Source: Octopus sinensis | Lineage: Eukaryota | DNA: 64,000 nt | NCBI RefSeq assembly: GCF_006345805.1 | Contig: NC_043009.1 | Coordinates: 56,854,001-56,918,000 of the forward strand | Reading direction: 5' to 3' | Part shown: positions 63,468-64,000 of the stretch, one piece after another | How positions within the stretch are numbered: position 1 is the first letter of the stretch | How the letters are laid out: the number at the start of each line of letters is the position of its first letter | Position numbers and translations under genes: made by a program | The notes under the pieces: generated by a model | Seen by the model: only the letters and a program-made list of their open reading frames with translations | Told to the model about the DNA's origin: nothing | The model's database searches: none

Positions 63468-64000
63468 TTGGCATCCTTTCTGTCTCGGGAGACAATGGAG
63501 TTGCGCATGAAGTAGTCTAGTCCAGCTTTTATATTTCATGTCCTGATACATTTCCTGCTGTGGCTGTGTAGTCCTATCCTGGACAAACACTCCCTCTGGC
63601 AGGTACCGCAAATGTAGCAAAGACTGTTCTTGGCTGGTTGTAGTGCCATAGTCTCTTGTTTACGTCTCTTCCTTTCTTTCCATTTCTCCTCTCTCTCTCT
63701 GTCACTCTTTTGTATTCCCTCTTTTACTGTATGTCGCCATTCTCCACGGTTGCCGGCAACTGCCTCCCAACTGCTAATATTGATGTTGCAGGCCATCATA
63801 TCCCTTTTGCAAACATCCTTGTAACGTAAGATCGGTCTACCCACAGACCTAGTACCCCTAGCAAGCTCTCCGTAGAGTATGTCCTTGGGGATTCTGCCAT
63901 CTTTCATACAGCTAACATGCCCAAGCCATCTCATACGTCTTTGTGTGAGGAGTGCAAACATGCTTGGTATTCCTGCTTGCCTGAGGACATCTTTGTTGGG
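63468..64000 (-). mobile_element. RTE (BovB-like) LINE 3' end, continuing beyond the window
   Basis: QRRMRWLGHV..DGRIPKDILYGEL..GRPILRYKDVCKRDM..CGTCQRECLSRIGLHSHSRKC; 3' end CCATTGTCTCCCGAGACAGAAAGGATGCCA. Confidence 0.9.

Overview
AT-rich, repeat-dominated eukaryotic genomic DNA. The recurring SINE families, the microsatellite load and the transposon mix look like a cephalopod (Octopus-type) genome; this is recognition from memory, not a database hit. No intact, confidently nameable host gene is present, and most of the listed ORFs are microsatellite artefacts. Recognisable content: several tRNA-derived SINE families (30+ copies), two R4/Dong-like non-LTR fragments that each sit in a different microsatellite, RTE fragments, Penelope-like (PLE) RT and GIY-YIG remnants, mariner and Tigger/pogo transposase remnants, hAT-, piggyBac- and Tigger-type MITEs, and two non-autonomous Helitrons. 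The most interesting signal is RNA-structural: at least nine type I hammerhead-ribozyme motifs, from near-perfect to decayed. Three of them lie in a 355-bp tandem unit at 12.1-13.2 kb that is arranged as a fold-back; two of the three carry a compensated U3-A8 core and the third has a further A9C change. This resembles a non-LTR retrozyme (circular-RNA retroelement). From about 53 kb the transposons are strongly CpG-depleted and there are duplicated exon-like and micro-exon-like segments, suggesting a methylated host gene body. A second chain of exon-like segments lies at 20-24 kb. All gene models are hypotheses.
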